IMG/VR virus record: IMGVR_UViG_3300045747_000058
Coordinates: 453-64,452 of that record
Reading direction: 5' to 3' (one strand)
Origin: a virus
Length of the DNA: 64,000 bases
Made by a program: the position numbers and the translations under genes. This document shows positions 9,416 to 17,685 of the stretch, piece after piece. Each line of letters opens with the position of its first letter. The stretch's first letter is position 1. The notes under the pieces were generated by a model. That model was not told the origin of the DNA, did no database searches, and worked only from the letters and a program-made list of their open reading frames with translations.

Positions 9416-9698
9416 AAAACCCACTCTCACCCCCGCAGAAATCAAGACCGCCAAGAAGGGTCTGGTCGAATTGCTCAAGCAGCAGAAGGAAGCGCTGAAG
9501 CCCCACATCGAATCGGTGAAGGCTGCTGAGAAGTCTCTCGCTGCCGCCAAGAAGGAAGCCGACAAGGCTGTGGCATTGGCCCAAAAGGCTCACGCTCTGG
9601 CTGCTGCTAAAGCTGCCAAGGCTGAAGCTGCTGCTGCCAAAGGCACCGAGAAGATCAATGCCAAGCTGGCTGCACTCGAACCCGAGACTGTTGTCTAA
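9408..9698 (+). CDS. Ala/Lys-rich histone-like or coiled-coil protein
   Basis: GGAG RBS. AAAKAAKAEAAAAK composition. Confidence 0.75.
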   Translation: MAKKPTLTPAEIKTAKKGLVELLKQQKEALKPHIESVKAAEKSLAAAKKEADKAVALAQKAHALAAAKAAKAEAAAAKGTEKINAKLAALEPETVV

Positions 9699-9718
9699 GG
9701 TCAACCAATTGACAGATA

Positions 9719-9756
9719 CACGAGTGGTGCTGCGAGGTCTCGCAGTACTATTCGTG
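9719..9756 (+). other. Long RNA hairpin (17-18 bp, 3 G-U pairs)
   Basis: CACGAGTGGTGCTGCGAG-GT-CTCGCAGTACTATTCGTG. All three DNA mismatches are G-U pairs on the + transcript. Confidence 0.75.
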
Positions 9757-9758
9757 CC

Positions 9759-9775
9759 CGATCTAGATTAGATCG
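9759..9775. promoter_or_regulatory. Operator-like palindrome CGATCTA-GAT-TAGATCG
   Basis: Perfect 7-bp inverted repeat sharing the ATCTA half-site of the dispersed motif. Confidence 0.55.
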
Positions 9776-9806
9776 ACCAACAAAACTACTTCAGGAGGAT
9801 GCGCAA

Positions 9807-10370
9807 ATGCCGCACGTAATGGTTGATAACGAGACTTTAGCAACAACAGCCGATGCAGTTATTCTGTCTATCGGGGCTGTGAAGTTCGATCTCGCTACCG
9901 GCGAGATCGACAACGATGGCTTCTATCGTTCGATCTCAATCGAGTCGAACTTGGAAATGAAGCGTCGCATCAGTGAGGACACGTTGCTATGGTGGTTCAA
10001 GCAAGACATTGCGGCACAGCAAGTCTTCCATGAGGCCAAAGAGACGCTGCAGACCGCGCTGATTGAGTTCAGCGACTGGCTGGCCAATAACGACAACACC
10101 ATGTGGTCGAACGGTGCAGACTTCGACATACCCATGCTCGCCCATGCGTACACGCAGTTCGGGATGGAAGTGCCATGGAAGTTTTGGAACTCGAAGTGCT
10201 TCCGCACTTACAAAAATTTGCCTGGAGCTAAAGACATCCGTGTCCCTGCCCTAGGAGTTAAGCACAACGCGTTGTCCGACGCGTACCAACAGGCTCAGAC
10301 AGTTAGCGCGATTCACCGCCAGTTGTTCCTAAACATCCCATTCGCGTCCCCTAAAAAGGCAAAGACATGA
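9807..10370 (+). CDS. DEDDh 3'-5' exonuclease (Rv2179c/DUF5051-like)
   Basis: VMVDNETL, ILSIGAV, WSNGADFDIP, HNALSDA. Confidence 0.9.
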   Translation: MPHVMVDNETLATTADAVILSIGAVKFDLATGEIDNDGFYRSISIESNLEMKRRISEDTLLWWFKQDIAAQQVFHEAKETLQTALIEFSDWLANNDNTMWSNGADFDIPMLAHAYTQFGMEVPWKFWNSKCFRTYKNLPGAKDIRVPALGVKHNALSDAYQQAQTVSAIHRQLFLNIPFASPKKAKT

Positions 10371-10672
10371 GCACAATCGACGCAACCCTTGCTGAGCGTG
10401 GTTCGCGCTACGGCGCATTCGCTGGGCATGCCCGCATTACCCAAGCCATCAAGGCTGCTATGGTCGACACGGCGCGCTGGGAAGAACTCAAGGATGACCA
10501 AAAGGAATCCCTGGAAATGGTGGCCCACAAGATCGGTCGCATTCTCAACGGCGACCCAAACTATGTCGACTCGTGGACCGACATCATCGGGTACACACGT
10601 TTGGTCGAAGTCCGCCTGCTCGCTGCTGAAGAAGCAGCGAAGAAGGTCGTGCCACTCAAACGCAAAGTATGA
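10367..10672 (+). CDS. DUF6378-like protein
   Basis: TLAERGSRYG...HKIGRILNGDPNYVDSWTDIIGY. Confidence 0.82.
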   Translation: MSTIDATLAERGSRYGAFAGHARITQAIKAAMVDTARWEELKDDQKESLEMVAHKIGRILNGDPNYVDSWTDIIGYTRLVEVRLLAAEEAAKKVVPLKRKV

Positions 10673-11064
10673 GCGCCAAGCCGGAGACTACGTTTTCGGG
10701 GAGTGTGAACAAGCACCTTCCGGCCTGGGTGTACCGCATGAAAAACAATAACCCCTATCTGGGTGGGTTGCCTGACATGTGGTACTCCGGTCCCGGCGGC
10801 GACCTGTGGGTGGAGTTCAAATTCATCATAATGCCCAAGCGCGTAGACACGACCATCAAGTTCGACCTCAGCAAACTCCAACAAGAGTGGTTAAGAGGTC
10901 GATACGAAGAAGGACGGAACGTGGGGGTTATCGTCGGCCATAAAGACGGTGGTGTATGGATGCCGGGAATAGACTGGGATGATACATACGCCGCCGTTGA
11001 CTTCCTACGTCTGCACCGCACTCGTAAGGAATTAGCATCAATCATTGAGGCGCATGTCGCATGA
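10669..11064 (+). CDS. VRR-NUC-like nuclease / putative Holliday junction resolvase
   Basis: GLPDM...WVEFK...LSKLQQEWL PD-(D/E)XK pattern. Confidence 0.82.
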   Translation: MSAKPETTFSGSVNKHLPAWVYRMKNNNPYLGGLPDMWYSGPGGDLWVEFKFIIMPKRVDTTIKFDLSKLQQEWLRGRYEEGRNVGVIVGHKDGGVWMPGIDWDDTYAAVDFLRLHRTRKELASIIEAHVA

Positions 11065-11216
11065 ATTTCAACAACCTCTTCACTACAGCGAGAGTGCTTC
11101 GAGCGATCTACCAAACCGTCTCGACCTCACTCTTGCTCTACTACATGGCTCGACGAGCCAAACAGGGCAAGCGAGTCACACGCCCCAGCCGTCGGCTTGA
11201 CGGCTACCAAGACTGA
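11061..11216 (+). CDS. Small basic hypothetical protein (51 aa, absent from ORF track)
   Basis: ATGA overlap with the upstream gene. MNFNNLFTTARVLRAIYQ...DGYQD*. Confidence 0.55.
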   Translation: MNFNNLFTTARVLRAIYQTVSTSLLLYYMARRAKQGKRVTRPSRRLDGYQD

Positions 11217-11252
11217 CGAGCATTTATACTCGCCCGTCGAAAAGGAGTAAGC

Positions 11253-11627
11253 ATGAGACATTCTGAGAAGGGGCTTCTTCAGACCCTGGAGAAAATTCTT
11301 CGTACTACGGGGCAACCAATGGACTGCAACCAGCTGTTCGATATGCCTGAAGTCAGGGAGTACGCCGCTACAGCAAACCGTGTATCGGACTATCTTGGTG
11401 GGTTGTGGCGTAAAGGGCTTGTGACTCGTTTACCGTCAGCAAGCGAAGGTACCTCTCGCGCTCGTTGGAGCTACCAGTGGAAAGAACTAGCTCCTCTAGG
11501 CGTCGGTGTGGAATACGCTCCTCGACTAATCGCGGACCGTCCGAATCTTGTCATCACTGAAGATGGGACGACGATCCACATAACGCTCCCTCATCTCGTC
11601 ATCTCCATTCGGCAAACTAAGTCATAA
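11253..11627 (+). CDS. Putative winged-helix DNA-binding protein
   Basis: AAGGAG RBS. Pattern of helices then VSDYLGGLWRKGLVTR...WSYQW resembles a wHTH wing. Confidence 0.65.
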   Translation: MRHSEKGLLQTLEKILRTTGQPMDCNQLFDMPEVREYAATANRVSDYLGGLWRKGLVTRLPSASEGTSRARWSYQWKELAPLGVGVEYAPRLIADRPNLVITEDGTTIHITLPHLVISIRQTKS

Positions 11628-11653
11628 CCCTAATGCCTTCGGGCACTCCTGAA

Positions 11654-11666
11654 ATCTAAGCTCTAT
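11654..11666 (+). promoter_or_regulatory. 13-bp dispersed motif, copy 3 (ATCTAAGCTCTAT)
   Basis: Overlaps the start codon of 11665. Preceded by a C(UUCG)G mini-hairpin. Confidence 0.7.
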
Positions 11667-11904
11667 GCACGACCTAACAAAAGAAGAAAAGAACGAAGCG
11701 GCCGCGCAGAACTGGGGACTATTCCATGTCTACGACACCACAAAAGAGATGTGGGTGATGACTGTGCTACCCATCAATTTTTCGGACACGGTAGGCGCTA
11801 TGCAAGCGCTCAACCATGTTGTGAGTCAAGCGAAGTTCAACCACTCTCTGAGTCTGAAGGTATTGCGCCTGATGGCTCAGTTCAACGCAGGATCGAAAAA
11901 GTGA
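11665..11904 (+). CDS. Hypothetical protein
   Basis: 79 aa, GTGA overlap with the ligase. Confidence 0.7.
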   Translation: MHDLTKEEKNEAAAQNWGLFHVYDTTKEMWVMTVLPINFSDTVGAMQALNHVVSQAKFNHSLSLKVLRLMAQFNAGSKK

Positions 11905-12794
11905 CAGCAATCAAACCTTTTAAGCCAATGCTCGCTTCCCCTATGGAACTTGAACATGTGCGATGGCCTATGTACGCATCTGTCAAGCTCGACGGCATTC
12001 GTGCCGTAGTGCGCGACGGCATGCTTCTTAGTCGTTCGCTCAAGCCGATCCCCAACTGGATCATCAGCAGCGCACTGAGCAAACCAATTTTTGAGGGCCT
12101 CGATGGCGAGTTAATTGTCGGCCCGACCACCAGCCCGACGTGTTATCGCGACACGGTCTCTGGGGTCATGTCGGAGGACAAGTCACCTGACTGGACGTTC
12201 CACGTGTTCGACCAATACAAGCACGGTGAGCCGTTCGATGCACGCATGGATCGTCTGGAAGCTACGGTGCGCAATATGGGTACCCGTATTGCTCGTCTGG
12301 AGCAAAAACTCGTTCACGACATCGAATCTCTAAATGAGTTCGAAGCGAAAGCACTAGAGGCTGGCCACGAAGGTGTGATTCTGCGTCACCCCAAGTCGCC
12401 CTATAAGTTCGGTCGCTCCACAGCTAAGGAGGGCTACTTGCTGAAGGTGAAGCGCTTCGTGGACGGTGAGGCCGAGATCATTGGTTTTGAAGAGGAGATG
12501 TTTAATGGAAACGAAGCGACCACAAACGAACTCGGACGCACTGCCCGAAGCAGCCACAAGTCAGGACTCATCGGTAAAGGAACTCTCGGCGCACTGCAAG
12601 TTAAGGATGCCAAAACTGCTGTTGAGTTCTCTATTGGGACTGGCTTCACAGCAGAGCAGCGCCAGCACATCTGGAACAACCGAGACAAGCTCCTCGGCAC
12701 GCTGCGCAAGTACAAGTCCTTCCCTATCGGAGTGAAGGACAAACCCCGTCACCCAGTGGACCTCGGCCCACGGGATGTCCGTGACTTGTCATGA
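11901..12794 (+). CDS. lig: ATP-dependent DNA ligase
   Basis: KPMLA, adenylation motif VKLDGIRA, LDGEL, EGVILR, LLKVKRF and OB-fold GTGF. GTG start. Confidence 0.95.
   Translation: MTAIKPFKPMLASPMELEHVRWPMYASVKLDGIRAVVRDGMLLSRSLKPIPNWIISSALSKPIFEGLDGELIVGPTTSPTCYRDTVSGVMSEDKSPDWTFHVFDQYKHGEPFDARMDRLEATVRNMGTRIARLEQKLVHDIESLNEFEAKALEAGHEGVILRHPKSPYKFGRSTAKEGYLLKVKRFVDGEAEIIGFEEEMFNGNEATTNELGRTARSSHKSGLIGKGTLGALQVKDAKTAVEFSIGTGFTAEQRQHIWNNRDKLLGTLRKYKSFPIGVKDKPRHPVDLGPRDVRDLS
12321..12333 (+). promoter_or_regulatory. 13-bp dispersed motif, intragenic copy 4 (ATCGAATCTCTAA)
   Basis: Exact fit to ATC(T/G)AANCTCTAA inside the ligase gene, in sense orientation. Confidence 0.5.
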
Positions 12795-13054
12795 GTGATA
12801 CGCGGGAGTCCTACGGCACGACCATGGTGATCCGAATGGGTCAGAACGGCGGGGTGAATCTCACAACGACGTACCGCGACTACATGGACATGCAGCAGAC
12901 CTTGCTGGACGCCATGCCCGTAGCTGAAGCCCTCCAACGCACGTTACCCCGCATCACTGTGATCAGTACCGAAGAACTCAAATTTCTGGAGGAGTTTATC
13001 CAGGCTGAGTGGGATCGTCGCGCCCGACTGCGACTGCAATTATCAAAACTTTAG
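12791..13054 (+). CDS. Hypothetical protein
   Basis: 87 aa, ATGA overlap. Confidence 0.65.
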   Translation: MSDTRESYGTTMVIRMGQNGGVNLTTTYRDYMDMQQTLLDAMPVAEALQRTLPRITVISTEELKFLEEFIQAEWDRRARLRLQLSKL

Positions 13055-13062
13055 GAAGAACC

Positions 13063-13266
13063 ATGAGACTCTACAAAATCAAAGCATCCGGGCAGGGTGA
13101 TGTACTCACCAAGATCGTCTGGGTCGGTAGCGCCGCTGAAGGCGTGGCCGCACGCAAGGTACTTTACGCCGAGGGTTTCGCCCGCAAGGAAGTGACTGAG
13201 GTCCAGGTGGATATTCCCACCGACAAAATCAGTCTGCTCGAATACCTGAACGGGAACATGACATGA
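13063..13266 (+). CDS. Hypothetical protein
   Basis: 67 aa, AGGAAG RBS, coupled to the dUTPase. Confidence 0.7.
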   Translation: MRLYKIKASGQGDVLTKIVWVGSAAEGVAARKVLYAEGFARKEVTEVQVDIPTDKISLLEYLNGNMT

Positions 13267-13913
13267 ACCCGCAGCACATCTCTACGATGCTGCGCATGCA
13301 GGGCCAGATCAACAGCAAGATCGATCCCGACTGGCTGGGGGCTGACTACCCATGGCACCGCGCCATGTACGTCGAGGCAGTCGAGGCCTTGGACCTTTTT
13401 GGTTGGAAGTGGTGGAAACTCAAGCCCACGGCTGACCAGTACCAGATTCAACTTGAACTGGTGGACATCTGGCACTTCGCCATGAGCAACATTCTGGCTA
13501 TCCACGAAGGCGATCTCGTGGCCGCGAGCGTGGCGATCCAGGAATACTTCGACAAGCTCGAAGAGAACCCTGACTGCTACGGTGAAATTTCCACAGTCCA
13601 CACGCACACGTTGTTCGACCTGTTGGCTGGGTCTGCCGCCTTGCAGCGCCAGCTTAACGGCCCAGCGTTCAACGTGCTGATGGGGCGCTTCAATCTCACA
13701 TGGGATAAGTTGTACGAAATGTATGTCGGCAAGAACGTGCTCAACACGTTCCGCCAAGACCACGGGTACAAAGACGGCACGTATCAGAAGGAGTGGGGTG
13801 GCGTGGAAGATAACACCGTGCTTGAAAGTCTCATGGTGGTCAACCCTGACGCTTCGCCAGAGACACTGATGGACCTGTTAGAGCGTCACTATCAGATCGC
13901 CTTGACGACATGA
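13263..13913 (+). CDS. dut: Dimeric (all-alpha) dUTPase
   Basis: EAVE...GWKWWK, LELVDIWHF, YVGKNVLNTFRQDHGYKDGTY motifs of the dUTPase_2 family. Confidence 0.92.
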   Translation: MNPQHISTMLRMQGQINSKIDPDWLGADYPWHRAMYVEAVEALDLFGWKWWKLKPTADQYQIQLELVDIWHFAMSNILAIHEGDLVAASVAIQEYFDKLEENPDCYGEISTVHTHTLFDLLAGSAALQRQLNGPAFNVLMGRFNLTWDKLYEMYVGKNVLNTFRQDHGYKDGTYQKEWGGVEDNTVLESLMVVNPDASPETLMDLLERHYQIALTT

Positions 13914-14212
13914 CACTCACGTCCACTTCTGCCAAGTTGTCAATTGACACCACGGCCCTGGAGCAGCTGGTCTATGAGGCCATTCTGTCTACCAAGGAAC
14001 GTGGTGCGATTAGCGACGAGCTACGCCATATGTTTCCGAACCTTGCCTACTCGTCGGTGACAGCGCGGTACGCCGCGCTCGAAGCGCAGGGCCGCATCTA
14101 CCGCCCCGGTGTGACGCGCCAGGGCGACAGTGGCCGAGCGCAGATGGTGATGTGGGCGGGTAAATATGCCGGTCGTGCTAGTGACCGCCTCCGAAAGGTG
14201 CTCGGTCTGTGA
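13910..14212 (+). CDS. Putative winged-helix DNA-binding protein
   Basis: GAISDEL...YSSVTARYAALEAQGRI...SGRAQMV. Confidence 0.65.
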   Translation: MTLTSTSAKLSIDTTALEQLVYEAILSTKERGAISDELRHMFPNLAYSSVTARYAALEAQGRIYRPGVTRQGDSGRAQMVMWAGKYAGRASDRLRKVLGL

Positions 14213-14538
14213 AGTCTCTTGGCCTCGTCGACGCTGCTGCCCTGCTCCGTATTCACCCGAGTACGTTGCAGGCGCGCGCGAAGGCGGGCCTTATTCCCGG
14301 TTCAAAGATTGGCCGCGCATGGGTGTTCTTGGAGGACGACCTTGTCTCCTACATTCGTGGCGGACAGGAGAACGTATGTCCCTCTACAAACAAACACCAG
14401 ACGGCCCGTGGTGGGTCAGCATCACTCACCCCAATGCACCACGGGTACGTCGCTCAACTGGAACAGTTGATAAAAAAGAAGCGCAACGAATCCACGATGA
14501 GATCAAGGCAGAGTTATGGAAAATCACACCCAAGCTAA
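14209..14538 (+). CDS. xis: Excisionase-like HTH protein
   Basis: LVDAAALLRIHPSTLQARAKAGLIPGSKIGRAWVF (MerR/Xis HTH). The 3' end overlaps int by 163 bp. Confidence 0.85.
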   Translation: MKSLGLVDAAALLRIHPSTLQARAKAGLIPGSKIGRAWVFLEDDLVSYIRGGQENVCPSTNKHQTARGGSASLTPMHHGYVAQLEQLIKKKRNESTMRSRQSYGKSHPS

Positions 14539-15368
14539 GTGGCAAAACCTGGGGTATGGCGGTCATGAAGTGGGTCTCAAAAGAGACCCGCAGCGACAGC
14601 GAGTTATTGAGTCTAGCCAAGCTCGGACGTATTTATACGGATCGCGCGCTGACTTCCATGACGCGGGAGAGCATCCACAGTGCCCTAGCGTTCTGCAAGA
14701 CTGCAGGCACGTACACACGCTACCGCACCATGATCATGGCGATTTTGAATGTCGCCAAAGACGAAGGCTGGCTGCGCGAAGTGCCGAAGCTCGCCACCAA
14801 GACCGACAAGAAGACCAAGCCGCGTGAGTGGATCACGCAAGAACAATGGACCAAACTTTATGCAGAACTCCCAGGACACCTCAAGCCCATGGCAGCTTTT
14901 GCAATCAGCACAGGACTTCGACAGTCTAATGTCCTTGGACTTCGATGGGACCGTGTTGACCTCGAACGAAGACTGGTATGGGTTGAAGCGGAAGATACCA
15001 AAGCCGATAAAGCTCTCGCCGTACCACTTAATGATGATGCGCTCGAAGTCCTCACGGCGCGACGTGTCAGGGGTGAGCACGATGAGTGGGTCTTTACGTT
15101 CCGAGGCAAGCCGATCAAGGATGTCAAGACGGCATTCATTGCTGCATGCATACGAGCCGGTGTTGGTCAGTCAACAAAGACTGGATATGTTGGTTTCACG
15201 TGGCATGGCTTTAGACACACATGGGCTACGTGGCACATTCAGCATGGAACTCCTCTGGAGGTTCTTATGCGGCTTGGCGGCTGGAGTGATATGCGTATGG
15301 TTCTTAACTACGCTCAGCACTCACCGGGGCATCTAGCCTCATATGCGAATAACGTGAGGAAGAAATGA
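14376..15368 (+). CDS. int: Tyrosine recombinase (phage integrase)
   Basis: STGLRQSNV (R), TKADK (K), WHGFRHTWATW (HxxR), LGGWS and VLNYAQ (catalytic Y). GGAG RBS before ATG 14376. Confidence 0.96.
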   Translation: MSLYKQTPDGPWWVSITHPNAPRVRRSTGTVDKKEAQRIHDEIKAELWKITPKLSGKTWGMAVMKWVSKETRSDSELLSLAKLGRIYTDRALTSMTRESIHSALAFCKTAGTYTRYRTMIMAILNVAKDEGWLREVPKLATKTDKKTKPREWITQEQWTKLYAELPGHLKPMAAFAISTGLRQSNVLGLRWDRVDLERRLVWVEAEDTKADKALAVPLNDDALEVLTARRVRGEHDEWVFTFRGKPIKDVKTAFIAACIRAGVGQSTKTGYVGFTWHGFRHTWATWHIQHGTPLEVLMRLGGWSDMRMVLNYAQHSPGHLASYANNVRKK

Positions 15369-15577
15369 TCAATCTCGACGCGGTCATCCACACCGAAGTG
15401 GTCACGCTACGCAGCATCCTTAACGAGACGCTGAAGGATAAGACCTGTATTGAAAAGCTTCGGAGTTTGAAACTCAACGAAACACTAACCGTTAACCACC
15501 AGCATGGGAACTGCTCATTGACCTATGACGAGTGCCAGGACATCTTGGCCCTATGGCGCATGCGAGGCAAGCTATGA
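15365..15577 (+). CDS. Hypothetical protein
   Basis: 70 aa with ATGA overlaps on both sides. Confidence 0.65.
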   Translation: MINLDAVIHTEVVTLRSILNETLKDKTCIEKLRSLKLNETLTVNHQHGNCSLTYDECQDILALWRMRGKL

Positions 15578-15885
15578 AAGTCATTGTCGCTGACCTTGAG
15601 GACAATGGTGACTACCTCGACCTCAACGTCTACATCCAGACCGGCGGTAAGAATGATCCAGAGTACCAATGGCGTCCGTATAGAGACAACCAGACTGGTC
15701 ACTTCGGGTTCAGCGACTTCCGGTTAGCTGAGAACACGAGAAAGCTTTTTGACGACTGTAATGATCCGCCTCGGGCGGTGTATGCAGCGATCTTGCCGTA
15801 CGCCCGTGAAGTAGCCGCGAGGCTTGGTGTATCAACGAGCCGTGTGGCCGCTGCGGTCCAGATGAAGTATGACAAATCGTTATGA
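15574..15885 (+). CDS. Hypothetical protein
   Basis: 103 aa, last + strand gene before attP. Confidence 0.65.
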   Translation: MKVIVADLEDNGDYLDLNVYIQTGGKNDPEYQWRPYRDNQTGHFGFSDFRLAENTRKLFDDCNDPPRAVYAAILPYAREVAARLGVSTSRVAAAVQMKYDKSL

Positions 15886-15886
15886 C
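15868..15886 (+). promoter_or_regulatory. Putative integrase arm-type sites (left arm)
   Basis: TATGAC-N7-TATGAC, with the same spacing as the pair at 16085-16103. Confidence 0.65.
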
Positions 15887-15952
15887 CTGACTAGGCTTTT
15901 TGAGGCTGGTTCTAACGGTTTAGACCCTCTCTGTTTCGAGGTCTAACCAATG

Positions 15953-15984
15953 AAAAAGCCCCTTCTCCAGAGGAGAAAGGGCTT
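15953..15984 (-). terminator. Rho-independent terminator downstream of the tRNA fragment and late genes
   Basis: Minus strand reads AAGCCCTTTCTCC-TCT-GGAGAAGGGGCTTTTT. Confidence 0.85.
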
Positions 15985-15990
15985 CGTGTT

Positions 15991-16039
15991 TGGTAGGCGC
16001 AATTGGACTCGAACCAACGACCCCCACCATGTCAAGGTG
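15991..16039 (-). tRNA. attP core: 3' 49 nt of tRNA-Val(GAC), partial and not a functional tRNA
   Basis: Minus strand reads CACCTTGACATGGTGGGGGTCGTTGGTTCGAGTCCAATTGCGCCTACCA (anticodon arm, T arm, acceptor 3' strand, CCA). The D arm and 5' strand are absent. Confidence 0.92.
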
Positions 16040-16084
16040 CGCTGCCCCAGGTGCAAGGCCCTAGGCATGCGGGTTCTGGGGCGT

Positions 16085-16103
16085 TATGACATTTCACTAT
16101 GAC
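16085..16103 (+). promoter_or_regulatory. Putative integrase arm-type sites (right arm)
   Basis: TATGAC-N7-TATGAC. CGTTATGAC is shared with the left arm. Confidence 0.65.
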
Positions 16104-16116
16104 CAGAACGGCTAAG

Positions 16117-16665
16117 CTACTTCAAAGGCGCTGAGTTGGCCAGCATTTCTGTTTTGCGTGCGCTATCTTTATTTGAGCCGTACCAGTAAACGAGCACCAT
16201 CATCGTAACGGCGTCCATGAGGCCCAGGATGCGGCCAACGACCATTTCGGACGTTGTAGCTGGGTAGCCAAGGAATAGCACCGCAATCTCGCAGCCTAGG
16301 GTGACTATCAACAGCACCAGACTGAGGTAGAACAGCGGCATCTGAGCGCCGCCCGACACGTTTGCTTTGCGGGCGTCCGCCCTGTCGCCAACAGCCAAGG
16401 CGTCTTGCTTGAAAGCAAGGTCGGCGTACTTGTAGCCCATCTCGGATTCGTGGGTCTTGAACTCAATCTCAAGTTGCTTGATCTTCACCATGTCCTCGGG
16501 CCTGATCTGACCGTCAGCGAAAGCCTTAGCGATCTTGTCGGTGGTCGGCTCACTCATGCCAAGCACGTTGCCGATTGCAGCGATGGCGACCCCGGCAAGT
16601 GGCGTACCCAATGCCGTGGCCACGGTAGGCGCGAGGCCCATGATTGTCTTGATCCAGTCGTTCAT
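16117..16665 (-). CDS. Holin (3TM holin family)
   Basis: APTVATALGTPLAG N-terminus, two further hydrophobic segments, YWYGSNKDS C-terminal motif. Confidence 0.8.
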   Translation of the reverse strand: MNDWIKTIMGLAPTVATALGTPLAGVAIAAIGNVLGMSEPTTDKIAKAFADGQIRPEDMVKIKQLEIEFKTHESEMGYKYADLAFKQDALAVGDRADARKANVSGGAQMPLFYLSLVLLIVTLGCEIAVLFLGYPATTSEMVVGRILGLMDAVTMMVLVYWYGSNKDSARKTEMLANSAPLK

Positions 16666-16880
16666 AGTTCACCCCATCCTGTATCGACATCTGGAACTTC
16701 CAGAAAACACTGCCACATAATTCTCAGCGCCAACTTGCAGCCCTGCGCCTCATTCACAAAACCTTTAGCGATATAACGTTCGTACTTGTCGCGCACCATG
16801 ATCAGCGCCACAGCTTGAGACTTGATGAGCCTACGGTCGTAGGGGTCGATGTCATTGATGTCGATGCCGTTCATGGACAC
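16662..16880 (-). CDS. Hypothetical protein in the lysis cassette
   Basis: 72 aa, overlaps both neighbours. Confidence 0.65.
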   Translation of the reverse strand: MSMNGIDINDIDPYDRRLIKSQAVALIMVRDKYERYIAKGFVNEAQGCKLALRIMWQCFLEVPDVDTGWGEL

Positions 16881-17260
16881 CCCGGACCCATATCGTTGCC
16901 GCCGTACACCTTGCGCTCGTAGCGGTCTTTGCAGTAATCAGCGGGGCAGGACTTGCCATCGTCAGGCATCCACGACATATTGAAAACAGCATCGCGGCCA
17001 CCGCAGGCAAGTGGGATAACGTGGTCGATTGACCAGCCGGGGCAGGCACCTTTGTGCAGCCCAGTGCTGGGACAGGCCCATACTTTTTTGAAAGCGTTGA
17101 TGACCTTTGTGCTTCGGTGGATGCTGCCGTCCGCATCGCGCACGACTTCACCGGCATAGCGGTAGTCAACGATAGGGTCGAGGGTCTGCGAATGCACAGT
17201 CATCGTCACTAGCCACAGAGTCAGTAGCAAAAAGATGTAGACGTAGATCAGGTTTCTCAT
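16871..17260 (-). CDS. HNH-family nuclease with N-terminal signal peptide/TM
   Basis: Hydrophobic N-terminus MRNLIYVYIFLLLTLWLVTMTVHS. CPSTG...GACPGWSIDHVIPLACGGRDAVFNM HNH motif. Confidence 0.78.
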   Translation of the reverse strand: MRNLIYVYIFLLLTLWLVTMTVHSQTLDPIVDYRYAGEVVRDADGSIHRSTKVINAFKKVWACPSTGLHKGACPGWSIDHVIPLACGGRDAVFNMSWMPDDGKSCPADYCKDRYERKVYGGNDMGPGCP

Positions 17261-17685
17261 ACGAAATCCCGGGTGCCTTGGTTGTCGATCACAAGTGTTT
17301 GCCGGTCGTCACCATTGAATGCGATATGCACCCAAGTCCCAAACTCATGGATGACCTGCTGGAAGGGCACCTTGGACTTGATGAGCGCACGCACGATCTG
17401 CTCTGGCGTACCAGCAGTGGGGCATGTGAAATCGATAGCCATCCCGGTCACATGCGCAGATGTGGGTTTGCTTCCAACCGCTTTATTCAAGTCTGGGCAC
17501 CGATACCAGGACGAAACGATGATTGCGTTGCTGTTCAACTCAAGACGGACTAGCTCCATTCCCAATGCAGCTTTCTTGACGTTCTGCATCAACTCAATCG
17601 GCAGGTCGTTATTGATTCCGAGGCGCGCTGCCGTTTGGCTATGGACGCATTCTTCTAGCGAAAAGTGGGCGGATAAAGGCGTCAT
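17257..17685 (-). CDS. Endolysin, peptidase M15A family
   Basis: HFSLEE, SSWYRC...LNKAVG, SAHVTGMAID (SxHxxGxAxD) and WVHIA. Confidence 0.92.
   Translation of the reverse strand: MTPLSAHFSLEECVHSQTAARLGINNDLPIELMQNVKKAALGMELVRLELNSNAIIVSSWYRCPDLNKAVGSKPTSAHVTGMAIDFTCPTAGTPEQIVRALIKSKVPFQQVIHEFGTWVHIAFNGDDRQTLVIDNQGTRDFV

Noticed and set aside
13263-13913. DNA base-modification pathway
   Set aside because: The dUTPase stands alone. No thymidylate synthase/hydroxymethylase, PurZ, queuosine-pathway, glycosyltransferase or methyltransferase gene was recognised.
15991-16039. Functional phage tRNA-Val gene
   Set aside because: Only the 3' 49 nt are present. The sequence beyond 16039 cannot form the D arm or the acceptor 5' strand, so it is treated as the attP core.
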